Source: Macrostomum hystrix (lineage: Eukaryota > Animalia > Platyhelminthes). Taken from it: 64,000 bases of DNA. The DNA is taken from positions 6,200,001 through 6,264,000 of the forward strand of contig CATNEN010000038.1 in assembly GCA_950097015.1 (NCBI GenBank). Reading direction: 5' to 3'. The notes under the pieces were generated by a model. It was not told where the DNA came from and made no database searches. It was given only the letters and a program-made list of their open reading frames with translations. The position numbers were made by a program, and so were the translations under genes. How positions within the stretch are numbered: the stretch's first letter is position 1; each line of letters starts with the position of its first letter. This document shows positions 24,948 to 39,266 of this stretch, in pieces.

Positions 24948-27900
24948 ATGGATTCTTCGCTGGCTGCTGTTAATGCCGAGTCAAATACTGACATTGCTAC
25001 TGCTGGCAGTAGTCTGTTGCGACCCGGTGGCCTGGATGGCCGAATGGAATTAGTTAAAGAAGATTTTAATCGTCTGGTCAATGTGAAAGCATTGCCAGTG
25101 CCAGCTGGAAAGCTGCAGGCCTGCATCAAGGCTTTGAGGAAACTTTCGCCCGGATTTGTCAAAGTGGCCAGCATTCTTGATGGTCCAACTGTCGCCACTA
25201 AACTGGTGCTGCTGGATCCTGAGTTGTTAGAAAGGTGAGCACAGTCGCACCTGGGTTAATATGATTCATATCATATCATCTTGAGCTGCTAAGACTAAAA
25301 ACCCAATAAAACCCAAGACTAGATACTAATAAACTAGAAGATTATTAGTATTTGTCTGATTGCATTCTCAGGCGTCACTCTCTGCTGACAGAAGCTGAAT
25401 TGACTCGCCTAGCCGAATGCGGCCTGGACCTTGGCCAGCAACTAACTAACCAGAGCCTGCAAGTCAACTATGAGAACTTCCCATTGTCGGCCGTGTTCAA
25501 CGCCCTGCTGCCGCCGGACTGTCAGCTGTCCGCGTTCAGCGTGGTTGGCCACATCGCCCACTTCAACCTTAGAGACCAGATAATGCCTTATGGAAAGCTG
25601 ATTGGCCAGGTGAGATTCCCGGCTCTCTTAAATTAGCGTTTTCGTTTTAATCAAATATATCAATTAGAGATTATTACGGGACTGGAAATGTTATTAGGGA
25701 ACTGGGAAGATTATTAGGAAACTGGGAAGATTATTAGGGAACTGGGAAGATTATTAGGGAACCGGAGGATTATTAGGGAACTGGGAAGATTATTAGGAAA
25801 CTGGAAATATTATTAGGAAACTGGGAAGATTTTTAGGGAACTGGTAATATTATTAGGGAACTGGAAGATTATTAGGAAACTGGTAATATTATTAGGGAAC
25901 TGGGAAGATTATTAGGGAACTGGGAAGATTATTAGGGAACTGGAAGATTATTAGGGAACTGGGAAGATTATTAGGGAACTGGGAAGATTATTAGGGAACT
26001 GGGAAGATTATTAGGGAACTGGGAAGATTATTAGGGAACTGGAAGATTATTAGGGAACTGGGAAGATTATTAGGGAACTGGGAAGATTATTAGGGAACTG
26101 GAAGATTATTAGGGAACTGGGAAGATTATTAGGGAACTGGGAAGATTATTAAGGAACTGGGAAGATTAGTAGGAAACTGGAATATACCTAAGATCTGGAG
26201 CGGGAAGTTTTCATAGATTCCCATTAGTTAGATTGCCGCCTGAAGGGAATCACATTTTTATCTGTGGTTTTATTGTGTTAGTAATTCTTATTACAGCTAC
26301 CAGTTCAATGAAATACACAATTGCACAGGTGCTAATCAGCAAGCTACCAAACATCAGGACTGTGGTGAGTAAGCGGCGAGAGATCAGCAGCGAGTACCGC
26401 AACTTTGAGCTCGAACTGCTGGCCGGAGAGCCCAACTATGTCACCGTGCACCGTGAGCTGGGCCTGGAGTTTGAGCTCGACTTCTCAAAGGTGGGACATC
26501 CGAGAGAGTATTGAAAACCTCGATTTCTAGCTAAGAATACCTTCTCATACTCCAATTTAGAGCCCAAACTTCCCGTGTCTTTAATCCCACACTTCCCATG
26601 TCTCTAATCCCACACTTCTCTCGCCTATAATCCCACAATTCCCGTGTCTCAAATCCCACATTTCCCGTGTCTCTAATCCCATACTTTCCTGTCTTTAATC
26701 CCACACTTCCCACGCTTAAAATCCCGCAATTGCCAGGTGTACTGGAACTCGCGGCTCAGTACGGAGCACCGTCGCGTAGTGGATCAAATCCGGTCTGGCG
26801 ACGTCGTGTTCGACATGTGCGCCGGCGTCGGACCTTTCGCTGTGCCGGCGCTGAAACGAGGCGCCATTGTCCACGCCAACGACCTGAATCCCGTGGCGTA
26901 CGGCTTCCTGGAGTCCAACATGAGGCGCAACCTGAGGAAATCCCAACTCAGAAGTGATCCAGAGCTGGTCAAAGCGTACAACATGGACGCCAGGCAGTTC
27001 GTGCGGCAGGTGTTTGCGCCGTGTTACGCGCAGGCTGCAGCGCTCGGAGGCAGCGTTGGCTCCGACGGTCGGGCTCGGCAGATCATTGCCATCGCCAACC
27101 TGCCTGGCATGGCTGTGGATCTGTTGGACTCATTTGTTGGCTGCCTTCGCGGCCGCATGACTGGCATCGGTGAGAACTTTGTACTGTTCAAGCGCTTGTG
27201 ATAGTGAAATCGCATTTATTCGTGTGTCTAATCCTGGGATTCCCGTTTTTCCGGGAACCTACATTTATAATCCTGCAATTCCCATTCCATATTTTTCTTG
27301 AACTTTAATGGCCATTTATAATTATCCTATACTGCGATTGCATTATCTAATACTGAAATTGAAAATCTCCAGAATCCCCATTTAAAATCCTAAAATCCCT
27401 ATTTTTCCTGCATTCCCAATTTCTATTCCTGCAATCCCAATTTTATTCCTGGAATCCTATTTCTTTTCCTGTAATCCCGGTTTCTATGCCTGGAATCGTC
27501 ACTTATAATCTTGGAATCCCGTTTTAACAATCAGAATTCTCTAATTTTTAACCCCTTGATCCCTATTTAAGAAACCCTGAAATTCCATTTCTGCAATCGA
27601 AATTTCTAATAATAAAATCCTAAATGATAGTCCCGAAATGCTATTCTGTAATGACGAACTGCTGTTTTGTAATACTGAAATTCTATTTTGAAATGCTGAA
27701 ATGCTATTTTGTAATCCTGAAATTCTATTTTTTAATACTGAAACTATTCCGTAATAATGAAATGAATTGCAAGTTTGTAATGCTGAAACGCTATTCCGTA
27801 ATAATGAATTGCTAATTTAAGAGGCGGCAGCAGCTCCTCCAGTGCGCATCTTTGCCTACAGTTTTCTGCGTCGCTCCGAAGTCGAAGGCTCTCGCCAAGA

Positions 27901-28123
27901 AGCCGAAGCCGCCCTCGTTGACCGCGTTCGGCATCGCCTGGCGGGCGGCGTCGGTCCGGCCGACGTTCAGCTGCGGTTCGTGCGCGACGTGGCGCCCAGC
28001 AAGGACATGTACTGCGCCGAGATCAACTGCCCTGCCTCCGTTTTCCTGCTTGAAGCCGCCGAAGGCGCCCATGGGAAAGATGAGGCTGGCGAGCTTGCCG
28101 AGAAAAGACCCAAACTGGACTAG
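24948..28123 (+). CDS. TRMT5: tRNA (guanine37-N1)-methyltransferase Trm5; exons 24948-25234, 25372-25609, 26329-26490, 26737-27169, 27822-28123
   Basis: SAFSVVGHIAHFNLR, IRTVVSK..EYRNFELELLAGE, LDFSKVYWNSRLSTEH, DMCAGVGPFA, ANDLNP, IANLP, FVRDVAPSKDMYC. GT-AG introns in phase. The start may extend upstream through an acceptor near 24887. Confidence 0.95.
25672..26182. repeat. 19-20-bp intronic minisatellite (ttattagggaactgggaaga)
   Basis: About 25 units. Confidence 0.95.
27615..27812. repeat. Degenerate ~21-bp intronic repeat (aatactgaaattctattttgt)
   Basis: About 8 diverged units just before TRM5 exon 5. Confidence 0.7.
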
Positions 28124-28182
28124 GGCACCGATATCCCCCTTCTCCCTTACTCCTTCCCCCGTCCGCCCCAACATTTCTAAGC

Positions 28183-29257
28183 CTTTATCCCATTCTCACA
28201 TCCCTTCTCCCATTCTCGCATCCCTTATCCCATTCTCACATCCCTTATCACATTCTCGCATCCCTTATCCCATTCTCACATCCCTTATCCCATTCTCGCA
28301 TCCCTTATACCATTCTCCCATTCATTATCCCATTCTCGCATCCCTTATCCCATTCTCGCATCCCTTATCCCATTCTCACATCCCTTATCCAATTCTCGCA
28401 CCCCTTATCCCATTCTCGCATCCCTTATCCCATTCTCACATGCCTTATCCAATTCTCGCATCCCTTATACCATTCTCCCATTCATTATCCCATTCTCGCA
28501 TCCCTTATCCCATTCTCGCATCCCTTATCCCATTCTCACATCCCTTATCCCATTCTCGCATCCCTTATACCATTCTCCCATTCATTATCCCATTCTCGCA
28601 TCCCTTATCCCATTCTCCCATTCATTATCCCATTCTCGCATCCCTTATCCCATTCTCGCATCCCTTATCCCATTCTCACATCCCTTATCCCATTCTCGCA
28701 TCCCTTATCCCATTCTCCCATTCTTTATCCCATTCTCGCATTCCTTATCCCATTCTCGCATCCCTTATCCCATTCTCACATCCCTTATCCCATTCTCGCA
28801 TCCCTTATACCATTCTCCCATTCTTTATCCCATTCTCGCATCCCTTATACCATTCTCCCATTCATTATCCCATTCTCGCATCCCTTATCCCATTCTCACA
28901 TCCCTTATCCCATTCTCGCACCCCTTATCCCATTCTCACATCCCTTATCCCATTCTCGCACCCCTTATCCCATTCTCACATCCCTTATCCGATTCTCACA
29001 TCCCTTATCCCATTCTCGCATCCCTTATACCATTCTCCCATTCATTATCCCATTCTCGCATCCCTTATCCCATTCTCGCATCCCTTATCCCATTCTCACA
29101 TCCCTTATCCCATTCTCGCATCCCTTATACCATTCTCCCATTCATTATCCCATTCTCGCATCCCTTATCCCATTCTCGCATCCCTTATACCATTCTCCCA
29201 TTCATTATCCCATTCTCGCATCCCTTATCCCATTCTCGCATCCCTTATACCATTCTC
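28183..29257. repeat. 20-bp minisatellite (tcccttatcccattctcgca)
   Basis: About 53 units. Explains the spurious 535-aa ORF. Confidence 0.97.
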
Positions 29258-29779
29258 AAAGGATCTATTTTTTCTCCCAATACTTATCCGATTTTCCAAT
29301 CCTTTATTATCAAATTTTCATATCTTTTTTTCATTCTTTTCTGCCCGTTATCCCTTCCCTTTATTTAATGTTTCCCCAGTTGGAGTTCTCTTTGCTGCTG
29401 TCCACTGTGTTGAGCTGGTACTCGTACTATTTTCCCGTGTAAATTGGCGCCGCGTCTGATGTTTAGCAATTACTAATTTGCTGTGCTGCGCGACCCGAAT
29501 TGGGACACATGCCCCAGTCCAGCTTGCATTTCTACTGTTGTGCAAGCAGTTGCATTGTGCTTATTGCCAATAAATCCTTGTGAAACACTTACTGAACTAT
29601 GCGTAATTGATTGCCAGGTCTTTCTGTTTATTTTTCTATTTCGTACAATAATTTTCGCGCAATGATTTATCAAAACCTTAGTGACGATGAAATTTTGTTA
29701 TCAAAATCTGTGATCTCCTCTAGGGGACTGGAAGTTCGGAACTTGCTGCCCCAATCTCAATGTGGATTCCAGCTTTTAC

Positions 29780-29945
29780 GAGCTTGTAGTCTTGCTGTTA
29801 GAGCTTCGGACTTACGACTTGAAGGTCGGGGGTTCGATTCCCGTCTCCACTGGAACAATTTGTGTCCTTTAGCAAGGCTCTTAACTCAGCATTGCTTCAG
29901 TTCGCCCAGCTGTAAAATGAGTACCTGTATTAGATGGGGTAATTA
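29780..29945 (+). mobile_element. tRNA-derived CORE-like SINE (family B), 3'-truncated
   Basis: ggttcgattccc B box plus cctttagcaaggctcttaact..cttcagttcgcccagctgtaaaatg. Homologous to 55086-55392. Confidence 0.8.
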
Positions 29946-30751
29946 AGGATGGGATGAAAATATTTCTAATCTGAAAGTCTAATCTCAGTGTCTAATGAAT
30001 AATTCATACGCAGATAAGGTTTGAATTCCCAATATACGGCAAATAGAATTAATCCGCTGGCTCGCAATCTACCGGCTAGTTATTTTCCTATTTGTTGAAA
30101 TAAAATTCTAATCTATGCAAATGATAAATTTGCTACCGAATTAAACATGAGACTGCCCTGCATGGCTGTACAATTCTTCGAGAAAAAAAACTGGGCCAGA
30201 TCCAGATAAGTCGAGTCGATAATTCTGTTTTTCTCACCCCTCCCCATGGCGAACTCCCAGTTTTGCGACAAACTAGTTGCCCCGAACCCCACAGTCTAAC
30301 CCGTGGGCTGATGGTCTAAAATTGTAGTTATTTATTTATGCATTCACAGTTGCTAGGGCCTAATGCCATCCATCCATCCCTGTGGTCGCTTAGGGGCCAA
30401 AGTTTAAAGGAACAGACAGCACGCACAGCAATAAAAATATTCCGAGATAGCCCGCCTGTTTTGTAAGGATCGAATCGAGCACAACTCACATGCCCGTCTG
30501 GTTTTGTCTGATCTGAACTTTTGATGATATATTTCCCTCCTGAGGCTTGGGCATGTATGTGAATTAGCCTAGCCTAAATCACGATATCGTGAACTTTTAG
30601 CCTACTAGATGATAAATTGCTAAACTAATTAGATTTGTAATTTTATGCACTAATAAATGCCTCTGTTTAGTATGATTCTCATAGGAGCTATTGAACAGAA
30701 ATGCTCTTGTCATGTTGTAGAAGTTCCCTTGATCATATCTAGTAGAAACTC

Positions 30752-31058
30752 CTAGGAGTCCCTTGGTCATTCTCTCGGAATCCCTGAGTCATTCACTAGG
30801 AATCCCTTGGTCATTCACTGGGAATCCCTTGGTCATTCACTAGGAATCCCTGAGTCATTCACTGGGAATCCCTTGGTCATTCACTAGAAATCCCTTGGTC
30901 ATTCACTAAGAATCCCTGAGTCATTCACCAGGAATCCCTGAGTCATTCACTAGGAATCCCTGAGTCATTCACTAGAAATCCCTGAGTCATTCACTGGGAA
31001 TCCCTTGGTCATTCACTAAAAATCCCCTTGGTCATTCACTGGGATCCCCTTGGTCATT
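30752..31058. repeat. 22-bp minisatellite (gtcattcactaggaatccct-)
   Basis: About 14 units. Confidence 0.9.
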
Positions 31059-31691
31059 TCCCTGAATGGCCTCATTTAATTAGTTTATATATCTTTTTAG
31101 GATCCATCATTTGATAGATCAACTGAAGGTCAAGTCAAGCATCAATAAATAATTAATATCGTGTTTTCGTTCAATATGTATTTTAAAAAAGCTCATACTG
31201 GAACTCACTGTCTGATATAAAATTTTGGCACGAAAAGGCTATTGATAAAGCCTACGTTATTGAGTTAGTGAATCATACAACAGGTCAATGAAAAGCTCTT
31301 GGCCAAAACATGCTAGAGTTTAATACACATATAAAGAGTAATCTTTAATATCAAAGTAAACTAATTGTTTAGGAAAACGAGAGAACTTAAGGAAAATTTA
31401 GACATGCCATTTTTGTGTCGATGTTAAGATTCCAAGAAAAATAGTTTTTTGTGGACGAAGGATTTCGCTGAAGGATACCACAGGTACAAAGTTAGACTTC
31501 AAGGCAAGGACAGTTAAAGATAAGAATATGCTAGGCAAATGGCCTTGAAAGTTAATTCGCTGCTGTGCGCCACGTGTTTCGCTTTAGGAGTGAGGTGGGC
31601 GGTCAGATTGGGGGGTTCCCCACTGGCGATTCTAAAAATAGCTACAATGCGTTCCTCCTAGACCAATCAGATTTCGGTATTGATTGGGACT

Positions 31692-34600
31692 TCATGTGCT
31701 GGCCGCAGCCACTGCGGCGGCGGCGCTTGTGGCAGCTACAACATGAACAGCCAGCGGCACCGCCAACTCTCTGTCCTCATCCGGGGCCGCCACGCGAGCA
31801 ACAGCAGCCGGGCAGTTGCGGAGCTGCTGCGGCAAGGAGCCGTTGAGCAGCCGCTTGGTGACGTAGTAGAGAAACTCGAACAGCTCCACCGAGGTGATGA
31901 CAGTAAGGCCGCCCCATAGAGAGAATGAGCCGCCAATCTGTGAGATAAGCGTCTCCAGAGTGATTTGCAGCTTCTCTCGCGTCACAGTCAGCGACAGGTC
32001 TGGTCGGAAGACGCGCAGGCGCAGGAAATTGTCGCGTATTGTGTTGGACGCGGTTTTCAAAGCCCTGGCCGCTTCTGCGTGCCTGCCGTGCCGAGTCAGA
32101 TTGTCAGCCTGCGTGGGCGGCGGGCGCTGCGCCAAATGTTCTGCACCCTGGACTTCGGCGCGCTAGGCCCTGGTCCCCTGACCATCAGTTGGCTACCCCT
32201 GACCTTCAGTTGGCTACCCCTGACCTTCAGTTGGCTACCCCTGACCTTCAGTTGGCTACCCCTGACCATCAGTTGGCTACCCCTGACCTTCAGTTGACTA
32301 CCTCCTAAACTTTAGTTGACTACCTCCTGACCTTCAGTTACCTACCTCCTTAACTTCAGTTGATTACCTCCTGACCTTCAGTTGGATACCTCTGACCTTC
32401 AGTTGACTACCTCCTGACCTTCAGTTAACTGCCTCCTGACCTTCAGTTGACTACCCCCTGGCTGGTCGCTACCCAAATACGCACCTGGCTGTAATTGTCA
32501 AATTTGCTGCCAAACAAAGGCTTGCCGTCCACTCGCAGCCTGTAGAAGTCCAGCTCGTTAGTTTTCGGCGGCCACAACGACTGATAGGCTGTTGTCTTGA
32601 AGGTGACGGAGTGGCAGGGCGTGCCGCATCTGTCATCGGCGCTCTCGGAGGCCAGATTCCTCGGATCCAGCTCTTGGTGCGAGGCGCACTCGTAGCTAAA
32701 ACAGGGGAGGTATTTATGGATTGCTAGACTATTGAACAGGCGAGGGATTGCTAGACTATTGAACAGGCGAGGGACTGCTAGACTATTGAACAGGCGAGGG
32801 ACTGCTAGACTATTGAACAGGCGAGGGATTGCTAGACTATTGAACAGGCGAGGGATTGCTAGACTATTGAACAGGCGAGGGATTGCTAGACTATTGAACA
32901 GGCGAGGGCCTGCTAGACTATTGAACAGGTGAGGGATTGCTAGACTATTGAACAGGCGAGGGATTGCTAGACTATTGAACAGGCGAGGGATTGCTAGACT
33001 ATTGAACAGGCGAGGGATTGCTAGACTATTGAACAGGCGAGGGATTGAGGGATTGCTAATCCATCTAACAAACAAGGCTTGAAGGATTGCTAGTCTATTA
33101 AGTCAGGCCATATAATTTAACAGGCCTATATTTGCTGAGTTTGCTGGTCGCCAGTAATTGGAGTTAAGCAGTCGGCTAGCAAGCTCTGTGAGCAGTCAGA
33201 TCTAGTGTTATCTGGCTGCTACAGTCCAGTTTGCTAATCTGTAGATAAGTACACACTGGCCTATCTGGTCGATAACACACCTATAGCTATAGAAGCTGAA
33301 TCTAACGCTGCCACCAACCCTGCGTGACGAATTGTTCCACCTCCCGGCTTCCTCCACAGGGTCTCTCGTTCGCGACAAAACTGACGGGGAATAATTCAAT
33401 TTCGCATTGCCACGTGTTGGGAGTTATGATATCGCGGCCTGAAATCAGGGCTGTGCAAATCATTCGTAGGATTCGAGCTGAGTTCTCTATTTTCTAGAAT
33501 ATATTTAGCTCGTATGTATGAATATTATTTATTTCATATTTATTCATACCGAGCTCATATGACTGATCTGGTTGGCTATTTGGGCAGTGCAAACACAGCT
33601 AGAAGCGAATTATGAAGCGCTGATTTTCTATTGGCGGCGAGGGAAAAATATTGCTTCATGTGTGAAATGGCTGTTATTCGTTGTCTGTAAAGGACATTGC
33701 GATAGTACAACCGCAATGCCCTTCAGATGTTCCTATTTGTGTTATCTTTTTGCAAAGGTTGCTCAGCAGGCAAGGCACAGAATCAGTGTACGCGGTAAGT
33801 GCCTTCTGTAGGCATTTTTTCTGAGCACTTTCTTTGCTCAAACAAGAAAATTTACAAGCAGTTCACTAGGGAAAATGATTTTGATTTCAGAGGGACTGAC
33901 ACAATTAATGGGATCAGGATAATCGACGATGGCATTGGGAATGGCCACAGATAAGAACAGGGAAGGGAGGAGAGGGTAGAATAAGAGGTGAGGATGAGAT
34001 GGAAGGATGAGATGGGAGAATGAGAGGGGAGAATGAGATGGAAGGATGAGAGGGGAGAATGAGAGGGGACGATGAGAGGGGAGAATGAGATGGAAGAATT
34101 CGAAAAAGAAGAGGATAATTAGAGCGAAGAGGGAACGGAGAGACGGGTGAGGGGAGATGGATGATCAGGGAAATGTAAAGAGATTGAATGGAATCGCATT
34201 GGATGAGTATTTCAGTGACAGGAATTGTGGGATATTAGGAGTGAAAAAAGTGGAAATATTAATAGGGGATTTTTTGTAGTCCGGGTTGAGTGGATTGAGT
34301 TGGGAGAGAATTTTTAGGGGTTGGGTAGAAAGAATTGGCGCGCTGCAATGAGCAGGTTGGAATTTTGAGCAGTCATTGTTGCCCATAGATTTTTTGTCTG
34401 CCTAAGCAAAGAGAGTAGCATGAATGTGGCAATATTATTTTCCGCGACAAATTATATTGGCAGGAAAATCATAACAGACTGAATGAGGAAACTGCCGTGA
34501 GTCACCGTGACTAGATTGAACAGAATCTGTGCGGCAGAAGGCCTCTATTGAATTCACTGTCTCATCTCATCGCATAAAACGAGCTCACAGGCTGCTCAGA

Positions 34601-36431
34601 TAGTGCTCATTTATCATTCACTTTAATCTGGGTTTTAGCTGACCGGCTGACTGAGCAGTGCGAGTCGTCTGCCAGCTGCTCACAGCTCGCTACTCGGGAA
34701 GATGGGGCAGGCGGAGCTAAAAATAGAATCTAATTTGAATCGGGCAGCTGTGGACCGAGACTCACTTCTTCAGAAATATGTCCGCGTTGTGATTGGTGGA
34801 GTTGAGGCGGCCACAGAATGGTACACCGCTCATCCCAGCCGTGATTGGATAGTCCGGATCGATGCAGCCGCATTGGCTCTGGATTGTCTCCTGGGGCGAA
34901 TGGCGATGGTAGCGATTGGCGATGCAGGCGGATGGCGAGAGAGGTGAGTGAAGGGCGAGATAGGTGAGTGAATGGCGAGAGAGGTGAGTGAATGGCGAAA
35001 GAGGTGAGTGAACGGCGAGAGAGGTGGGTGAATGGCGAGAGAGGTGAGCAAACGGCAAAAGAGGTGAGGGAATGGTGGAATAGGTGAGTGAACAGCGAAA
35101 GAAGTGAGTGAAAGGCTGGAGAGAGGTGAGTAAACGGCGAGAGAGGTAAGTGAATGGCGAGAGAGGTGAGTAAAATGCGAGACAGAGGTGAGTGAATGGC
35201 GAGAGAGGTGAGCAAACGGCGAGAGGGGTGAGCAAACGGCGAGAGAGGTGAGTGAACGGCGAAAGAGGTGAGTAAAATGCGAGAGAGGTGAGTGAATGGC
35301 GAGAGAGGTGAGCAAACGGCGAGAGAGGTGAGCAAACGGCGAGAGAGGTGAGTAAAATGCGAGAGATGCGAGTGAATGGCTCGAGAGGTATTGAGTTTGA
35401 GTGGCACAAAGGTTTCAAATTGGAACCTGAACCATGAGCTGCCGACAGGTGAAGCTGTCGTAGGCGAACGGCAGGGCGTCCCCTCTAGTCTCGTCGCCGA
35501 TGTACAGGTCGATGCTGCGCCGCTCCGTGCAGGTCTCCTTCGGCGAGTCTTTGTACTTGTCCAGACTGCGAGTTTCCACCACCTCGATGACGCTCTTGGT
35601 GCCAGGCAGGACGTGAATGCCCAGATGGCTGATCCGGGGATAGGTCAGGGCCGGGTGCACCAGCACGTGTGCCCCGATGCTGTCATCCAGGTCGAACAGG
35701 GCGTCGTGACATTCGGCGGTCTCCTGGCAGTCGAACATCTGCTCAGTGTCCAGGTAGAGATCCATCTCTAATGAGTAGGTGGTGTTGGCAATGTCAGAGG
35801 TTGGTGAGATCATGAAGCAGGTGAAAAACTGCGGATTCGGGATCAGTAGGACGTCCTTGCGGAGGCTGCAGGCTCGCTGCTGGAATCTAGTGGCCTGCAC
35901 GTAGCTGAAGTTGCAGGTGCCGTCAAGTACGAACTCGTCAAAGTGCAGCCCGATCTGTCTGACAGTGTCGATGCCCCAGTTCTGGTACAGAAACGACTTC
36001 TCGTTCAAGGCCTTGAAGCTGCGGGTGTAGTTCTGATGCTGCTTCATCTCCTTGAGCTGGTTGAGGAAGCGCATATCCGTGACATTGCCATTGGTCCGCC
36101 GAATGAACCGTTTCACCATATCTGTTGAGAATGGCTGCAGGTTGCAGATGGTCACGGAGGGAAATGGCACACTCTCAGTGTAGTGCCTGGTGGTCACCTC
36201 CAGCACAGTCTGGTAGGACAGGTAGGTGCTGATTAGGCGCGCGATGAACACCAGCGAGATGCTGAGAAACCCGCTGACTGACACCAGCCAGAGGGCCTGC
36301 CAGCAGAGGCTCCGGCTGCGCAGGACTCGTGGAACTCCGCGCACCGAGGACAGCATGCAGAACCGGATCAGCTCGTCCTGCAGCGAGGCTGGCTTAACGG
36401 CGCGCTGCATTAGATCTCCGCCAGTTGCCAT
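31692..36431 (-). CDS. DEG/ENaC (amiloride-sensitive sodium channel family) subunit; exons 36431-35427, 34890-34766, 32695-32485, ~32162-31692
   Basis: FCMLSSVRGVPR and TM1, FPSVTICN, Cys-rich QCGC..PFC and CGTPC, TM2 LISQIGGSFSLWGGLTVITSVELFEFLY. Splice phases are compatible; the last acceptor could be at 32162 or 32147. Confidence 0.9.
32176..32460. repeat. 21-bp intronic minisatellite (ctgaccttcagttggctaccc)
   Basis: About 13 units filling nearly the whole intron. Confidence 0.9.
32718..33048. repeat. 27-bp intronic minisatellite (ggattgctagactattgaacaggcgag)
   Basis: About 12 units. Confidence 0.95.
34933..35385. repeat. 20-bp intronic minisatellite (gagagaggtgagtgaatggc)
   Basis: About 22 units. 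Confidence 0.92.
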
Positions 36432-36756
36432 GGCAACCGGGACTCACTGGTCTCTGAGGGAAGAGGCGGGTTCTAATCGCTGGTTTATTTGGAAGAGTCT
36501 AGTTTAATGGTTTTAAATCTCTTTCGCAGAGTTTCAGTCGGTTGCTATGGCAACCAGAACTCTGTATTTCTTGGCGGAGACGCCAGTCTGATCGTGTGCA
36601 GCTCTTCTTGGAAGATTTCGGAGTTGTTGCAATGGTAACAAGGAGTCGGTGGCTTCTTTGGGAAAATGCAAGCTCGAAGGTACTCAGCCTTATTTTTTAC
36701 AAAAAAGTCCAATCTATTCGAGCACGGAGAGTTACACACAAACCTGCCGGAATCTC

Positions 36757-37210
36757 TACATCAGCACAGAATCGCAGCTGACACATCAGCTAGAATCGCA
36801 GCTGACACATCAGCTAGTATCGCAGCTGACACATCAGCTAGAATCGCAGCTGACACATCAGCACAGAATCGCAGCTGACACATCAGCTAGAATCGCAGCT
36901 GACACATCAGCTAGAATCGCAGCTGACACATCAGCTAGAATCGCAGCTGACACTGACTCCACTCTCTCCCCAGTCCTCTGACTCCACTCTCTCCCCAGTC
37001 CTCTGACTCCACTCTCTCCCCAGTCCTCTGATTCCACTCTCTCCCCAGTCCTCTGACTCCACTCTCTCCCCAGTCCTCTGATTCCACTCTCTCCCCAGTC
37101 CTCTGACTCCACTCTCTCCCCAGTCCTCTGATTCCACTCTCTCCCCAGTCCTCTGACTCCACTCTATCCCCAGTCCTCTGATTCCACTCTATCCCCAGTC
37201 CTCTGACTCC
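36757..37210. repeat. Two abutting minisatellites: 24-bp (gaatcgcagctgacacatcagcta) then 25-bp (ctgactccactctctccccagtcct)
   Basis: Direct tandem units; junction at ~36952. Confidence 0.93.
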
Positions 37211-38134
37211 CTATGCAACACTATGTGTAGTCCGTGTGAGAATTCGAGCTTACCAAAAGCTTATCCTGAGGTGCCAATTAGAAAAGATGATTTTTGCTGT
37301 CCATTATTAAAAAGCCAGTAAGGTTGTCCGGGACTGCATGAGAGCTTTGAGAATCTCTGTGCTGTGAATTATCTGGCCCGAGTGAAAAATTTATGCGTTC
37401 AGGGAAACCCCGATCTGGAAGCCTCCTGATTGGCTGAGACAATCATGGACCATTGGGGTGTCTCCGTCTCATGTGGTGGCCTCGGCTCCACCCAACTCCG
37501 CAGAGGGGAGACGGAGACAGAAGCAGGTTTGGGTGTTGCTGGGTGGGGGAGTTATTTGAAGGTGACAAGGGCTGACGTATCTCTCAAAAATCGATCTCGA
37601 TTTCCAGCCCATTGACTTTTCAGTGGACTGTGTCCTGCCCCGCCAATGTTTTACATTTTGCTAGCTCTTCATTTTCCAGTCTTCTCTCTTCACCTGAACA
37701 ATGTAGCCCTGTACTAGCCCTACGCTTCCTTGTTAGAACAGCTAGCGATAGATAAGATTAACTGGAATAATGAAGCCAAAATCTATTTGATATTTGATAA
37801 ACAGCGAATCGAAAATCTATTTGAATCAATCGACAGCTAGATCCTTTACGAGGTGTGATTAGACAAAAAAGCTCCAGGGAATGAAAAACTGTTCTCGGTG
37901 CAGTAGAGACTTCAGTCCACTTGTCCAGGAATCAATGCCTAATGCAATGTTTAGACAATTGCACTGTACATTCTCTTACAAAAGTACATTTAACGATATA
38001 GTATAGAATTGTAGAAAGGACTTTCGCTGCACAAAGCTCCGTGCATACTACTGACTGCTACGACAAGTAGTCAGCAAGGAATGAGTAAAAAAATTTATTG
38101 CAGCTGACACACTAGCTAAAATCTCGGCTGATAC

Positions 38135-38432
38135 ATGCTTTCTCTATGATCCCTCCGATTCTAGCTCTATGATCCCCTCAGATGCTTGCTCTATGATCCC
38201 CTCAGATTATTGCTCTATGATCCCCTCAGATTATTGCTCTATGATCCCCTCAGATGCTTTCTCTATGATACCCTCAGATGCTTTCTCTATGACCCCTCCG
38301 ATTCTAGCTCTATGATCCCCTCAAATTATTGCTCTATGATCCCCTCAGATGCTTTCTCTATGATCCCCTCAGATGCTTGCTCTATGATCCCCTCAGATGC
38401 TTTCTCTATGATCCCCTCAGATTATTGCTCTT
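38135..38432. repeat. 23-bp minisatellite (ctctatgatcccctcagatgctt)
   Basis: About 13 units. Confidence 0.9.
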
Positions 38433-38659
38433 TGCCCTCTCATCTTTGTTCTATGCTGCGTTAATTTCTACAGCTATGTAAACACGAGTAGTTTGTACCT
38501 TTCGTCGGTATTAAAAATCAAATAGGTCTTAAATAGCTTCGAAAGTAGCTCGTTTATTTCGAAATTTATCTGTGCTTCGCATCTAAAAGATTCGAGTGTG
38601 ACAAAGCGCAACTGATTATATTTTTCTTCTCTCAGCTTTGCGAATAATTAGACTGTGTT

Positions 38660-39052
38660 ATCAGTGTGAATATTGATCATTGTGAATATTGATCAGTGTG
38701 AATATTGATCATTGTGAATATCGATCAGTGTGAATATTGATCAGTGTGAATATTGACCAGTGTGAATATCGATCAGTGTGAATATTGATCAGTGTGAATA
38801 TTGACCAGTGTGAATATTGACCAGTGTGAATATCGATCAGTGTGAATATTGATCAGTGTGAATATTGACCAGTGTGAATATTGATCAGTGTGAATATTGA
38901 TCAGTGTGAATATTGATCAGTGTGAATATTGATCAGTGTGAATATTGATCAGTGTGAATATTGACCAGTGTGAATATTGACCAGTGTGAATATTGATCAG
39001 TGTGAATATTGACAGTGTGAATGTCAATCAGTGTGAATATTGACAGTGTGAA
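38660..39052. repeat. 16-bp minisatellite (cagtgtgaatattgat)
   Basis: About 24 units. Confidence 0.93.
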
Positions 39053-39266
39053 CAGTGATTAACTGTGTGAGAGAACCGGGTGAATAAGGAATTTATATTT
39101 TAATCCAATTTTACGTCATGCTAAACAAGGCAAAATATATGACAAGTTCTGTTGAGTGCTGCAGAGCAATGACCAGTTTTAGACTGTGTTTTGCTCATAG
39201 TGAAGTTGTCTGGTAGATTTCCGCCGAAAATATAGAAAAACCTCTGAATAAAATGTGAATCAGTTG

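Noticed and set aside
27852-29459. 535-aa ORF, plus similar ORFs at 42742-44675, 53935-54585 and 63014-63801
   Set aside because: Translations of tandem repeats.
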